The notes under the pieces: generated by a model
Databases searched by the model: none
The model's input: the letters and a program-made list of their open reading frames with translations, nothing else
Told to the model about the DNA's origin: nothing
Position numbers and translations under genes: made by a program
Shown here: in pieces, positions 13,409 to 26,612 of the stretch
How positions within the stretch are numbered: position 1 is the first letter of the stretch
Layout: the number at the start of each line of letters is the position of its first letter
Source of the DNA: Camelus ferus
Lineage: Eukaryota
Direction: 5' to 3'
Assembly (NCBI RefSeq): GCF_009834535.1
Contig: NC_045696.1
Coordinates: 38,442,001 to 38,506,000, forward strand
Length of the DNA stretch: 64,000 nt

Positions 13409-15149
13409 ATTCAATTAGAATTTACGAAATGATACAATTGTTAACATAACACAGTATACAGATTGTCTAAATATTATGTGCACTCAGAGAACACTTGTTA
13501 TAAAAGCATACTTTGAATTTTAAAAACACAGAAGGTCTTTTTCAAAAATTCCATGGAAAATTATAATCATTAAGAATGCAATTTTTCTTACACATTGCTT
13601 GCTATAATATAGATTTTTAATTGAGGCACTGTAAATGCTTTTATGATCATATACTATAGTGTTACTGATTTGTTTTATATCAAAATTCAAGACATTATTT
13701 TTTACATGTTTTTATCAGAATTTTTGTATAGAACTCTGACCTTGAAATGAATGGAAATTTATACTGACTTTTGTCTACCTGAATATTATGGATCACTTTC
13801 ATTTTTATATTTTAAAAATCCCTCACAGCAAAATATGTTTAAGCAATTGGTCTTTTCATCTATTACAAAAATGAAACATTCCATTTTCTGATATCAGGGG
13901 ACATATTTGAGGGGTGGGCAAGCATACATTTGTTTTTCCCTTTTATTAATGTTTTGCTGGAGGGCAAATGTCAATGTAGCCACTTTCATTTTTTTACCCC
14001 TCTTGCTGAAAAGCTCCTGTAGGGAAATTCTGCACATGAGTTTCTGTGATGATTCTTTTCATTTTTATCTCCTGCTGTGACTTTGACTGTCAGACTGGCA
14101 GTGGGAGACAGAAATAAAAGAAGAAGCCTTAAAGAAATGTTATAGCCTCACGCTGTGAATTTAGAAGATGACGGGGGTTTTGGCTTGCTTCCTCTGGCCC
14201 GTGACTAAAAGAGGAACTGTCACCAGGTTACAGGGCTAAGGGGAAGTAATGAGAACATATTTTCTCATGCAGGCTACCTAGAGGACTTTGATGCACGTGG
14301 CCCTCCCAAGTCAATCTGAAATGCTAAGGCTAAAAATTGCTATGGCTGGATTCAAAACCACTTTACTGGGCAAGAGACTTGACAATCCTCTTTGTACAGG
14401 TTACACACGGTAGGCATATGATAAGCATTTATCAATGATAATTGCATGTAAATTTGCCTTTCATACCATTGTACCAGCAGAAGTCTGTAAGCAGTCAGTT
14501 TGTCTGTCTCTGCCGTAGCTAATGTATCCTTTGAAAGAACTAATGAAATCAGTGTGGTGGATTTGACCTCATTTTCTGTAGAAAGGTGTCGCCAACTCTT
14601 TGTTAGGCAGCTGGAATTACACTTACACTAATGAGGATCCTTAGGGCTATGCTAATAACATTTCTAATTGGAAAACTCAAGAATTGCCTGTGAAAGACTT
14701 CAAAATGTGAAATTCCCTAAGTTTACAATACATCTTGAGAAATACGTAAGATAAAAATTACTTAGAATAGAAGTGAGGAAGAATTAGCCTCTGAGGGTTA
14801 TAAAATTGTCAAATTTGTTGTCATTTTAAATACACACTTATTTTTAGGTAAGATATGCCCAATTTTTTGAGCGTTTGGTCCATAAGAATGATACTGTATT
14901 TAAAATTAATATGCTTTCTTTTCAATTGAAATATAGTCAATCTTGTTGATTTTTTAAGAAAAATTTAAAAATGCATTTGGAAAACAAATTCTAGAAGTTC
15001 ATGAAATATATACACACATTCATATATTTAAATGTGTATTATCAAAAATAAAATGTGACGTTCTTTACATATTAAAATATGCAAGTCAAAAATTTGAAAT
15101 TAAAAAATGTAAAATTTGTTCCACAAAAAGATGAAATATTATCTTCTGA

Positions 15150-15197
15150 ATATATGTGTGTATATATATATGTGTATATATTATATATATATATATA
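15150..15197. repeat. (TA)n/(TG)n microsatellite
   Basis: Seen directly in the sequence. Confidence 0.85.
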
Positions 15198-15214
15198 AAA
15201 TGTATACATTTTTT

Positions 15215-15863
15215 AGAATTGCAAAGTTAGAACACAGTCCATACAAGACCACCTTCACTTGTGATATAGTTGCAAATTTGAGTATTTCCAAAACCATTGT
15301 CAGATTAAAAAATTCACTAGAAGGATTCACAGAACTCACTTAAAGCTGCTATATTCATGATCACAGTTTATTACAGCTAAAGGATACAGATTAAAAATCA
15401 GTCAAGAGAAGAACATACTAGAGTCCAAGAGAGTTCCAAACATAGTTCTTCCACCTTTCCTCTTCCTATACAGTCAAGATAAAATTACCCACCACAAGAT
15501 AAAAATTACCTCCCACTTGCAGTACACACAGAGTATTGCCAACTGAGGATGCTCACCCAAGTTGCTGTGTCCCAGAGTTTGAACTGGGACTCTATCACGT
15601 AGGCATGTTGATGTCCCATGTGACTGATCTCAGTCTCCACTTCCTCTGGATGTCAGCTGATACCAGATGACCCAAAGCCCACCCTAAATTAAATTGTTGT
15701 TATGACTCAGAGCCCTTACCCGAAACCACATTGTAATTATCTGGTTGATCCAAAGACCCCAAGCAAAGATATTCCTGTCAAGTGTGACATTATAAGGGTT
15801 TAGAGATGACTTCTCTAAGCTGAGGCCGGATCTCACTTTGGGTAAGATTTAATTCTTTACCAC
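15215..15863 (-). mobile_element. MER21-like LTR (ERVL)
   Basis: attcactagaaggattcacagaactcac...gtttattacagctaaaggatacagattaaaaatcag, ending ...attctttaccaca (reverse TGTGGTAAAG). Confidence 0.75.
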
Positions 15864-16405
15864 AGGACCTAATAAGTGTATGGCAGTGTTGCTTCTGCCT
15901 TACTTTTTTTAAAGCCATTGCTATATTCACAGCTCAGAACAAAGCGTGTTGACTCCAATATTTTAGTTTATCCACAGAATTGATTCATTCTTTTTCTAAC
16001 TGCAGTTAAGTGTTTTTAATCCCAATTAATGGAGTTTATTTATGTATTAATATTGAATTTTGTCAAGATAATGGAAACACTCCTTAGGTTTTAAATAGCT
16101 TTACTCAGTTCTGTGAATTTAACTCCCATCTTCAAGAAAAGTATGGAAGTGTTATTCTGACAAAAAATTTATTCTTGTAAGAAGTCAACATTTCCCTCCT
16201 AGTAACATTATGATGAACATTGGTATAGAAGCAGTAAAGTAATTATATTTTCTACTAATGTTGAGAAAAAATAATATAACAAGAAACATCGCCTGCTCTT
16301 GTTAAAATTTTGATCTGCAGACTAAATAAAATCACAGAAAGTTTCATGAATACAGTGATTCTGTGAATGGGATTTTCACTACCACCTTGTAATTCAGGCT
16401 TTTAC

Positions 16406-16880
16406 TATTGAGAGACAGTTCTCTATGGGTCTTTCGTGATTCTGTACATCTTGTAGGCTATATTTGTTTTGGACTGTCTTTCAAGAATGTTTGTATAGTT
16501 AACAAACAAGATTAAGAAGATTATGACATTTAGATGACAGAGTATCTCTCTCTGGGACAAACAGCAGGTTTGTTCACTGTCCAGTATAACAAAGTTAATG
16601 TCAGTCAGAGACAAAGTTTTGGCCACCTTACTGCCTCATATAAAAGATTCAGTTTCCTCTCCTGTAATGCAGCCCATTAGGTGTGAATATGTCACCTATC
16701 TCTGTGGGGATTGGGGTTTGGGGAACTTACACAAATGTTGGTATCTGGTTACCCTTTTAAGCTGTCAGCCTTTGTCTCTGACCCAGGAGTCTCTGGTCTT
16801 CTGACACCATCCATGAAACTGGCAGACTAATATATAAGCTTGCAGGTAGAATAAATCTTATCCCCTCATGGTTCTTGATA
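16406..16880 (+). mobile_element. LTR40-like solo LTR (ERVL)
   Basis: Starts tattgagagacagttctctatgggtct (cf. TGTTGGGAGACAATTCTCCATGGGTCT), contains ctttgtctctgacccaggagtctc, ends ggttcttgata (cf. ...TTCTTGACA). Confidence 0.75.
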
Positions 16881-18139
16881 CTGACTTTCTCTTCCCTCAT
16901 TCATAAAAACTGTTTCCTTTTAGTCTCTCCCCCTTTAATGTCTAACCTATTTAATTCATCATAATCTGCCACTGTCTGATCATTCTTTCTGATGTCCACC
17001 TCTGACCTATATCTCATGGCCACCCATTTCTTATTGATTGAAGTACAAACATTAGTTAATTCATTAACTCATTCATTTATCAAAAATTTTAAGGCATTTA
17101 CTACCTACTTTTTAGGTGTCTGAGATAAATAATAGACAAGCTTGTCATACAGCTGGTCCCCATAAGTTCAAGGACAAGTGCAGTGCTTTAAGCTGGGAAC
17201 TCTTCGGTGCTGGCTTTCTTGGTATCTTTCTTGTCTTATTCTGCACTAATCTCTTCAAAGAACCTGTGCTCCAGCAACCTGGGTTGAGTCTCAAAATAGG
17301 TCCTATTTTTTTTCCCCCAACCCTATGCCTTTGTTCATTTCAATGCCTAAAATACTGTGCTTCTGGATCTCCACCTATTAAAAACCAGTATATGCTTTAG
17401 AGTCTTTTTGAATAACAATTTCATTATAAATGTTTCCCTTTTAAGTCCACTTAGAGGTGGTCTTTTCGTTTGTGTCCTTTCATATTACTCTTCTTTATAA
17501 AATAATCATTAAATCCATTCCTTTATCTTGTACCAGATGATGGCTACTTGAGGAAACACATACTATATATCTTTTATGTTTTATAGTGACTTATGTTTAG
17601 TAGATACTCAGTAAAATTGAAATGAATAAGAAGATAAAAATAGATATGAGAAAAACCCAAAGCCTCACAAGCCCAGCCAAACGTTTTCTTTAACTATCCT
17701 CATCTGCCAGTCAAATGTAATTGCTAGTTTCTTTGTCAGACCTGGCCATTTGAGCGTCAGCACGTAGCACAGGCTTGTTTGTCTGAGTTTAGCACAGTCT
17801 ATTTGCCTTATTTTTAATAACTGAATAAAGATTTTCACTAGATTCTGTGCCCTACTGAGAAGCTTCACAGTTCCTGACAAGTAATAAATAACCTGAAACG
17901 TAATTCTATCTAGACAATCATTGCATGAAGATGTCATGCTAAAAATTAAGTAATGAATTTATTTCCATTTAAATCAATATAATAAACATAACTCTATGGT
18001 ATCATTATTTAAATTACTATAACTTATGTTAATAATATTCTATAATTATAGTATTATTGATCAATTTTAAGTCTTTTATAATGTAATTATAAAACACTTT
18101 TATATCATCTAATCATTTTTAGTATTTTTCTTGTTGATA

Positions 18140-18290
18140 AAATTTATTAATTCCTTACTATGTCAAGCATTATGTTAAATGATTTACATACATTAACTCT
18201 AATAAGTAGATTCTATTATTATTTCTATATGTAACAAGGGAAGATAAATTAAAGTCTAGAAATGCTGAGTAACTTGCTTGGGTATATACT
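18140..18290 (-). mobile_element. MIR SINE
   Basis: atttattaattccttactatgtcaagcatt...ttacatacattaactc...gagtaacttgc. Confidence 0.6.
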
Positions 18291-21174
18291 TTGAAGATTA
18301 ATGGCCATAATGGTTGAGAAACAGGGGATGAAGAATCAAGTTTTATTTGAGGATTACACTCCTTTACAAGGGTTGAGTTTTACCAAGTGTAATCTTTGAC
18401 AAAGAAGCAGAGTTATACTAAAAAATTGTTTAGGGTTGTTTCTCCTAATGTTTTTAAACTTAGGGAAGAAAAATAATAACAAATTTTCATATTAGCAGGT
18501 AGAGATAAAATTCAATACTGTAATAACTCCATCTCTTTATCACTTTATAATAAAATGAATTATATGAAATAGTTGATTACAGTAAAACCATTTACTGAAA
18601 TCACAAGCTAATATTAATTCACTGTTGAAGAACAATTTGTATAAAATATTTTGTATGAGTAATTTTGAATTCTTAAACAGAAAGTATTATAGGATTAACA
18701 TTAAAATATATAAAGGAAAAAATTAAAATATTGTCTCTGGTTTTAACTAAAGAAAGACTTTATATATTGACCAATATGTAAAATTAGATTTGACATATTG
18801 CCTTGCTCAGTGATTCGGTATTTACTCAACACTTGTTATCCTTTACTTTTGTTTCGATGTACAACTAGTGGTTTCTTAAAGCTAACAGTAAGAATGGTTT
18901 TGATGATTAGTTTTTCTACCTGTATAATTACTTCATTGTGCATTTCTGTCCCTCTCCAATAAGAGGGTAATAAGGAGGAAAGCTGACTCAATGGCTTTTT
19001 CCCCTCCAGTGAGACAAAGCAGGAGGGCATACTATGATTCAGATCCTAAACCATGCTTAGGCAGAAATATCTTCAGTGTCTCTTATGAATTCTATTATTA
19101 TGTCACCTGCTTTGTATTTCATGATGCTACCAAAATATTTAGAGACTGTACTAGTAAAAAGAGTCATTATCACCTAATGATTGTTTTAAGGACCTAAACA
19201 GGCACAGGTAACAGAACTATCTCTGTTATTTACCTGGTAAAATTTTAAACTAATGAACTCCAGGACATAAAGAGAAATATTGAGTTTAATCAATCTATTG
19301 TATAGATATAACCATGCCAATTTGATAACTATTTTTAAAATCTATTATGTACACTCTTCTCCCTAAAGGATCACTGCATGTAGTTTCTGATAAAATCAGA
19401 ATCAACATATATCTTTCATGTATTGTAGTTTTTCTTCAAAGTGCTTGACAGGCATTTAAATAACTGATAAGAAATATAATTCTGGACAATCAAATTATGA
19501 TTGCATGAGTAGTTGCATCACAAAAATAAAATAATCAGTTTCTTCCATTTTACTCAGCATAATAAAATTACTTCTTGTCATCATTCTATTTTGTATTTTC
19601 AAAATGGCTATTGCTAATATGAAAGCAAAGTGGTGCCTTTGAAAAGTTTTATGAACACAACATGAATCACTTTCAAAAAGATTGTAAAATGCACAATTTA
19701 AATAAGTAACCTAGTTATGACCCAACTTTCAAGAATAATTGGTATATGATGAATGTTTGTTGAATACAAATGTTAGTAATAAAGTTCCAAGGGGAAAAAA
19801 TAGTTACCTAAAGAAATTTTTTCCTTGAAATTGCTGGGAAGAATTGATATCTAATAAAATGCTAGCAATATTTATTTATACCTAAACTTTGATTAATTGT
19901 GCCATCTAGAATTTCACCATGTTGTATGGAATCTTCCAACTATGAGAACAGCTCCAGTCCTTGAAGGCATGATGCATATGATCAGAATTAAAGTTCTACT
20001 TCTGGCCACATCAGAAGTCCCAATATGGTCAATTCTAGTGAACACTGATGGTCCCTTAAAAATGTCTGCAAACTTAACCTGGTGAATTTTAATAATGTGT
20101 CTCAGAAAGTTATATCATTGATTTTTTTTTCTAGTAGAATTTATAAAATTAACTTAAACACAGAATTAAAACATTATATAAAACCATGATTTAAACTCAT
20201 TTACATAGTTATCAAACACACAGATGGACTGACATGTCATTGGAATATTTTGTTGTGAAAATATTAAGAGCATAATGGCTGTACTCTCCTACAGATGCTT
20301 TGTTTGGTTTTAGAAGAACAGTATACATTTTGAACAGGGAATATTTTTCAGTTTAGATATTCACTATTTCATCAAATTGACCAAGTTGCAATTAAAATGA
20401 GACATACAAATATATCATAAAAAGTTATTCAGGCTTTCATGAAAACTATCAGGATACTGATATATCTAAATTATCACATATGGGGAAAATATGTTTAGTC
20501 CTTTTCCCTACATAATAGTAAGTGAAGTTTCTAATTTCATTTTCTATTTTTAGGTATATTTCTTTGTACCCTTAAGATTTCTTATTTCTTATAAAAGAAA
20601 CTTGTAGCATTTATAGTAATACACTGACTGTTATTATGTACCTGTTTGATCAAATTTTATGAACATTTACATCACTATTTTTTGTTGTTGTTGAGAGGTG
20701 GTTATACCTTCAAGAACAATCTATTTGGTGCCCTCTAGATTAGCAGTTCAAGAGACATAGTCCTGGTACCACATGAGTTGAAAAGTTCAGCAGCCATCTG
20801 AATTGATTCAGGCAATTGAATTAAAATATGCATAATTTATTCATATTATTATACCACATTTGAATAAGTAAATGAGCTGGAAATACAAGGAGACCAACCT
20901 AGTTCTATATATGGTGTAAGTGAAATAGGAATTATATTGTATTGCCCTGTTCTAAGCATTTTCTTGGAAATTTCAGTATTATGGTTAGCTTTATACAATA
21001 ACTGAGGGAAAATTAGAAGGTTAAATTTTTTTCTTATCATGAAAATAGAATAAGTAAATATTAGATAAAGATTCCTTTAAAATGTCAAGAAAGGCAGTAT
21101 TGAGAAAGAAAAGAAAACTTCCAACTTTACTGTTGCTCTGCATTTAAAATACTGTTAGATTCTCATTTTTGTTA

Positions 21175-21390
21175 CAAGGAAGACCCTAAACTAGAACCTG
21201 AGAGATTTGGGTGGGGCTCTGTTCTGCAGTGTGCCGAGCGGAATCTTCCAGAAGTCATTCAGTTTCTCCGAGACCCATCTTACTCATTAAAAAACAGACA
21301 TAATAATGTCCTTCCCAAGTATCTGAATGGTTATAAATAAAGTTCATAATAAATATGAGAATTGCTGAATACAAAAATGCTGTAATACTG
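21175..21390 (+). mobile_element. MIR/MIR3 SINE whose tail is interrupted by an MLT1 LTR (tail resumes at 22041-22070)
   Basis: aagtcattcagtttctc...aaaaacagacataataat; tail-like gtaaataaatgtgacgttatt follows the LTR. Confidence 0.5.
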
Positions 21391-22040
21391 TGTATTAGTT
21401 TTCTCTTGCTGCCATAATTACCACCTTTTAACAACATACTTTTAAAAAAATTTCTAGTCTTTTTACGTCAGAATTATGGTTGATTTGACTGGTTTCTCTG
21501 CTCTACATTTGATACGGCTAAAGCTAATTTGTTGGTGGGCTTAGGTCTTATTGGGAAGTACAGGGAAGAGCTGGAATGATTTCATGTTCATTCAGGTTGT
21601 AGGCAGAATACAATTCCCTTGGTTGTAGGGCTGAGGTCCCATTAAGCTGCCTACTGTCAGGTGAGAACTGCCCTTAGTTCATAGAGGACTCTCAGGTCCT
21701 CGCATGCAGGTTCCTGCATCTCAGAGCCAGCAATCGCTTGTGAAAGCCTCCTTATGCTTGAAAGCTTTCTGATTACCCCTTTTTGTCACCATTATCTTCA
21801 CCTTTTCCACTACATCTCTCTTAACACTTCCAGCTAGAAAAATTCTCTACTTAAAAGGACATATATGATTAGATTAGGGCCACCCAGATGGATGGATAAT
21901 CCAGAACAATATCCTTATTTTAAGATCTACAGATTTAATTACATCTGCAAAGTCCCTTATACCATGTAAAGTAACATATTTATAGGTTCCAAGGACTAGG
22001 GCATTAACATCTTGGGGATGCCGTTTTTCTGCCTACCACA
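21391..22040 (-). mobile_element. MLT1E-like MaLR solo LTR
   Basis: Termini tgtattag...tctgcctaccaca; MLT1 motifs (ttaattacatctgcaaagtccc, gatgccgtttttctgcctaccaca); perfect 5-bp TSD TACTG at 21386-21390 and 22041-22045. Confidence 0.9.
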
Positions 22041-22765
22041 TACTGTAAATAAATGTGACGTTATTTTATTAGCTCTGTGAATATAAATTGGAGAATGAGC
22101 TTGTAAAATTTAAATAATATTAATCAGAGTCAAAGGAGTATTAATGTTAAGACAGAAGTGACTAAATATCTTTTTAATTGGACATGAGTTTGATAAAAAA
22201 TCTGATCAGAATGGAAGAAAAAGGGACATGTGGGTAAATGGCCACAGCTGAAGCAGATTCCTTATAGAAGACTAATTCTTAACACTTTAGATACAAATAA
22301 ATATATTAACGAAAAAGTCCCCAAAATATAATTTAATAAAGCCAACGTTAAGTAAGCAAATGGATGTGAACATATCATGTATTATCTATAATAGACAATT
22401 TAAAACACCCTTGATTAATGTAAGGAGGAGGATGTTGGAACTATCAATGAAATGAAAATGTTTAATAAAATTTATTTATTAGCAAATGTATGTCATAGCT
22501 AAAGCTACATCTATGCACTTATGTACAGGCAAATTTGCATATATAAAGATAAGTTTGTTTCCATATAGGTTTCACTTATCTGGCATTAACATAAATGCTT
22601 TATTCTTAATATTTTAAGTTGTGTGATAGGGAGAAGACCATTTGTACTTCTTACAATTTAAGAACATTGCTTGTTTTACTCTTACCCATGTTTAAAGTCA
22701 ATTTAATACTTTTCTATTTGAGGAGCAAACTAAGCAGGGTCATTTCCATACTGGCATTCCCTTGA

Positions 22766-23139
22766 TTTTTTTTTTTTTTAATTGAAGTGTAGTCAGTTAC
22801 AGTGTGTCAATTTCTGGTGTACAGCACAATGTCCCAATCATGCATATACATACATATATGCTTTTTCATTATAGGTTACTATAAGATACTGAATATAGTT
22901 CCCTGTACTATAAGAAGAAATTTATTCTTTATCTATTTTTATATATAGTGGTTAACATCTGCAGATCTCAAACTCCTAAATTTATCCCTTACCACCTCCT
23001 TTCTCCCAGTAGCCGTAAGATTGTTTACTATGTCTGTAAGTCTGTTTCTGTTTTGTAGATAAGTTCATTAGTGTCTTTTTTTTTTTAATATTCCACATAT
23101 GAATGATATCATATGGTATTTTTCTTTCTCTTTCTTGCT
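22766..23139 (-). mobile_element. Camelid-type L1 3' end (same subfamily as 6032-7484)
   Basis: Poly-T followed by aattgaagtgtagtcagttacagtgtgtcaatttctggtgtacagcacaatgtc; collinear with 6032-6420. Confidence 0.9.
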
Positions 23140-23819
23140 GGTTTTAAAATACAGCATTATTCTCAAACGCATTTGAAATGCACTTTCTTTTGTGAAAGGT
23201 GAGGTACTTATGTTAAATGAAAAAAATAGTAATGAAATTACTGTATGCTTACTACTTAGCACAACAACCATGGAAGTTATCACTATTCTTGCTTAAGAAC
23301 AGTATCCCATTGAAGAAGAGTGGAGCTTATTTTTGAAGTATAAGAAGTCCTGTCTCATTTGCAATGGATCTGAATGTCTCAGCATTCATGATGTAATGTA
23401 ATTTATAGAAAAAACATTAAATTTTATTGTGTTCCTTAAGTCTTGCAAGCTTATTCAGTCAGTGTAACTATATTTTCACAAATGAATTCACCATAAAGAT
23501 AAGATGAAGATAAGAAATTTTGTCATCTTATCACAGTGAACATTAGTCTTTATAAAATAACATACATTCTTATTAAAGTTTCTGAATGTTGGATAATTAT
23601 AAATTTTATTGCTTGCAGATAATATCTGTTTTAAGCACTGTGGGTATAGAGTGAATTACCAACAGTTATTTCTGTAGTTGTTTTCTTTTGGTATAATTTC
23701 TTTAAGGTGTCCATGTACTCTTCAAATAACATTTCTATTGAGAAATATACATAAATATTCAACTTTGTATTTCAGATTTCAGTTCCTGAGTTTCCTAAGT
23801 TAATGCTTGACATACCTTC

Positions 23820-24420
23820 TGTATTCATCAGGATTCTCCAGAGAAATAGAACCAATAGGATCTATATGTGTGTGTATGTATGTGTATGTGTGTTATGTGT
23901 GTATGTGTATGGAAAGAGAGAGAGAGAAAACTAGAGAGACAGAAAGAGATATTCTTTATAAGGAATAAGCTCATGTGGTTGTAAAGACTGATAAGTTTTA
24001 AGATCTGCGGTTGGTAAGATAGAGGCACAGAAGGGCCAAAAGTACAATGTCTGAGTCCAAAGGCCTGAGGACCACCAGTGCCAGTGGTATAAATTCCATC
24101 CCAAACACCAAGGCTCAAGACCCAAGAAGAGCCAATGTTTCAACCTGAGTCTAAAGGCTGGAAAAGACCAGCACCCCAGCTGAAGCAGCCAGGGAGGAGG
24201 AGACCCCTCTTACTCAGGCTTTTTGTTCTATTCACATCTTCAGTTGACTGGATGTGGCCCACTCATACTAGGGAAGGCTGCCTGCTTTACTCACTCTACT
24301 GATTCAAATCTTAATTCATCCAAAAACTCCATCGCAGACACACTCAGAGTAATAATATTTGGCCAAATGAATTGGCATCTCATGAACCAGACAAGTTGAA
24401 ACATAAAATTATCCATCACA
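23820..24420 (-). mobile_element. MLT2B-like LTR (3' LTR of an ERV-L provirus)
   Basis: tgtattcatcaggattctccagagaaatagaaccaatagga...(TG)n(GA)n...acaagttgaaacataaaattatccatcaca, which are MLT2 termini. Confidence 0.9.
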
Positions 24421-26550
24421 AGTACATCTCTTTTCAACTTGACACCCACATGCTTTTCCTTAAACCATACTTAATCTCTGAATGTACAATAACAAGGTCA
24501 TAATTCCAGCTAATACCTTGCATACATGTTAAAACACACTAATTTCTTCCCCGTAAGAAGAGGTAAAGTGTTATTTTTCTTGGTAGAGCCAGTTATAGTG
24601 GTTTCCATTTGTCCGTTTTCACCATTGTAGTCCTCACTTCACAGGTCAGTGAACCAGTGTGGGGATTCTGCCAGCTGCTGAATATATCTGTTCTGATTAT
24701 GAATTCCAGAACTGGGGAAATAATCACTGAGCCCACTGTGAGATGCACCTGAGGTAAAACTTCATTGCTCTCCTGACCTCCATAAACCCCTACTCTGATG
24801 TGTGGACACAACAGTGACATTTAGGAATTAATGTCAGATCATACCCCCTGTCCAGCAGTTTTCCCAAAGTCTGATCATTTCCATTCCCTCACTGCACAGT
24901 TATCATAGTAAAAAGTCAATAGATCCCTTTGGGAAAGTCTGAAAAATTAATAATATAATTTAATAATATAATTACAATATATAATAATACCAGGGTCCTT
25001 CCTTGATGGGACCTGGCCTTCCCTTCATTCCAGAGCTTCTGGGCTATAAACTGGTTCACATCTGGGAATTGATTGAGAGGCTATGACTCCCTTATGGTTC
25101 TGGCTAGACTTTTGTTCATATGACCTATAACTTTTCTGCTTATATGTCAACTAAGAATTTAGTAGGCTTCCAATCTATTTCCCTTCTAGGAACACCATAA
25201 TCAACTAGCCGACATGTAAGTCTGTGCAAGTCAAGACTATTCTAATTGCTGCTTTGACTCTACCGTCTATTATGGTAACTACTCCTGCCTTGCCTTGGCA
25301 TTTGAGTGCTGTCCCTGGCCTCTGCCACCACAGGATCCAGTTACTTCCATTGAACTTATGTTTCCCAATTCAGTGACTGCAGTTCCCACTATAAGGTTTA
25401 TCTTCAGAGCAGAGTGATCACAGATACTTTTGAAAGACGTTGGAGCTTCCTCCACAAATTCACTCCTTGTAGTCATGGTAGATGACTGGGTCTTAAATGA
25501 CAAATTCACTCTAACATTCTAGTTTCCCTATACCTTTAAATCATTTCCCTACATTGAATCAAGAGAGATCTGGCATTTTCAGCTTGCTCACTGTGGGTCA
25601 TTTGTTGGTCCTTGTTTCAGCCAACCAACCAACCAAACAAAGCCCTTTGTAACTAACTTCCTGAGCTGTAATATTAAATACAGAATTTCTGCTTAGTAAC
25701 CCCATTATCAGTAAAGGTAGCTTGACTGAACTTTATATCCTACCGTTATCTCACATTTTTAGTAATCATTTCTCACATACTCCTCAGATTTCTGTCTCAC
25801 TTAGAAAACTCAAGGTAGTTCTTTTGGAGTATAGTGCACCTCTTCCTGCATCGCCTTTGTGCCTCACCTTTAGGGTCTGGCTGAGACTTTAGTAGAGTTA
25901 CAGCTCTAGAAGCAAAGAGGGCTGTTGAGGGTACACTTGGCATTGTCTTGCACAGCAGCTGCCTCAGGGTAGGCCATGGTAGTTTCCTCAGACAGTGCAG
26001 AGTTAATCCCATCAGTTGCAGTAGAAAGGACACTCCCAGTGGCAGTAGGAGACTTATCAGAATTTAGAGCTTCAGGGTCCCCAGTTTCTTCAGGGTCTTC
26101 CTGCATATCCCTATTCCAACTTACAGTTATCCTATTTTTTCCTAGTCAATACCCTCACTTTGACGTAAACACTCATGAAAGTTAAGAGTTCAGCTTGCAC
26201 TGTAATTCACCCAGTCACAGGATGAGATTCGGCGTTTTATTTTCAGTAGTCTCAGGCCTGGTAGAGAAGATAAGTCTCTGAGGGCACACATAGAAGCTAT
26301 CAGGTCATTTATGAGGCTCTTGAGCTGGAAATTTGAATCTCTGAGCTCATCCTTTTCTTTCTCCATTTTGTCTAGTGACAATAGGGGCAACTAGCCAACT
26401 TCAGTATATTTGTTAGTTTGCCAAAAATGTTTGAAGTGTCATGTATACAGCCACTCAGATCCTTGCTTTGAGTGGTTGATTAGATGTGTCCAATGGAGAT
26501 ATTTTGCATATCTCCATCACCATGTGCCACAGACAGTCAGTGCTCTCCTT
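24421..26550 (-). mobile_element. ERV-L internal region: degraded gag and protease, pol almost entirely deleted
   Basis: Gag relics LLSLDKMEKEKDELRDSNFQLK (26190-26390) and QEDPEETGDPEALNSD (25906-26106). Protease active-site relic LLDRGYDLTLIP (24823-24858) and RVGVYGGQ...VHLTVG...SSWQNPHTGSLT...KWKPL (24593-24820). Confidence 0.9.
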
Positions 26551-26612
26551 GCTCTCTTTATAGCTACAGAAAGCCATTAGCAACTTTAATCAAATCATTT
26601 TCTGTGCCTATT

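Noticed and set aside
11144..18392. Exact 15-mer TTTTACCAAGTGTAA at 11144 and 18378
   Set aside because: A rough estimate for 64 kb of AT-rich DNA predicts several exact 15-mer pairs by chance, and there is no flanking homology.
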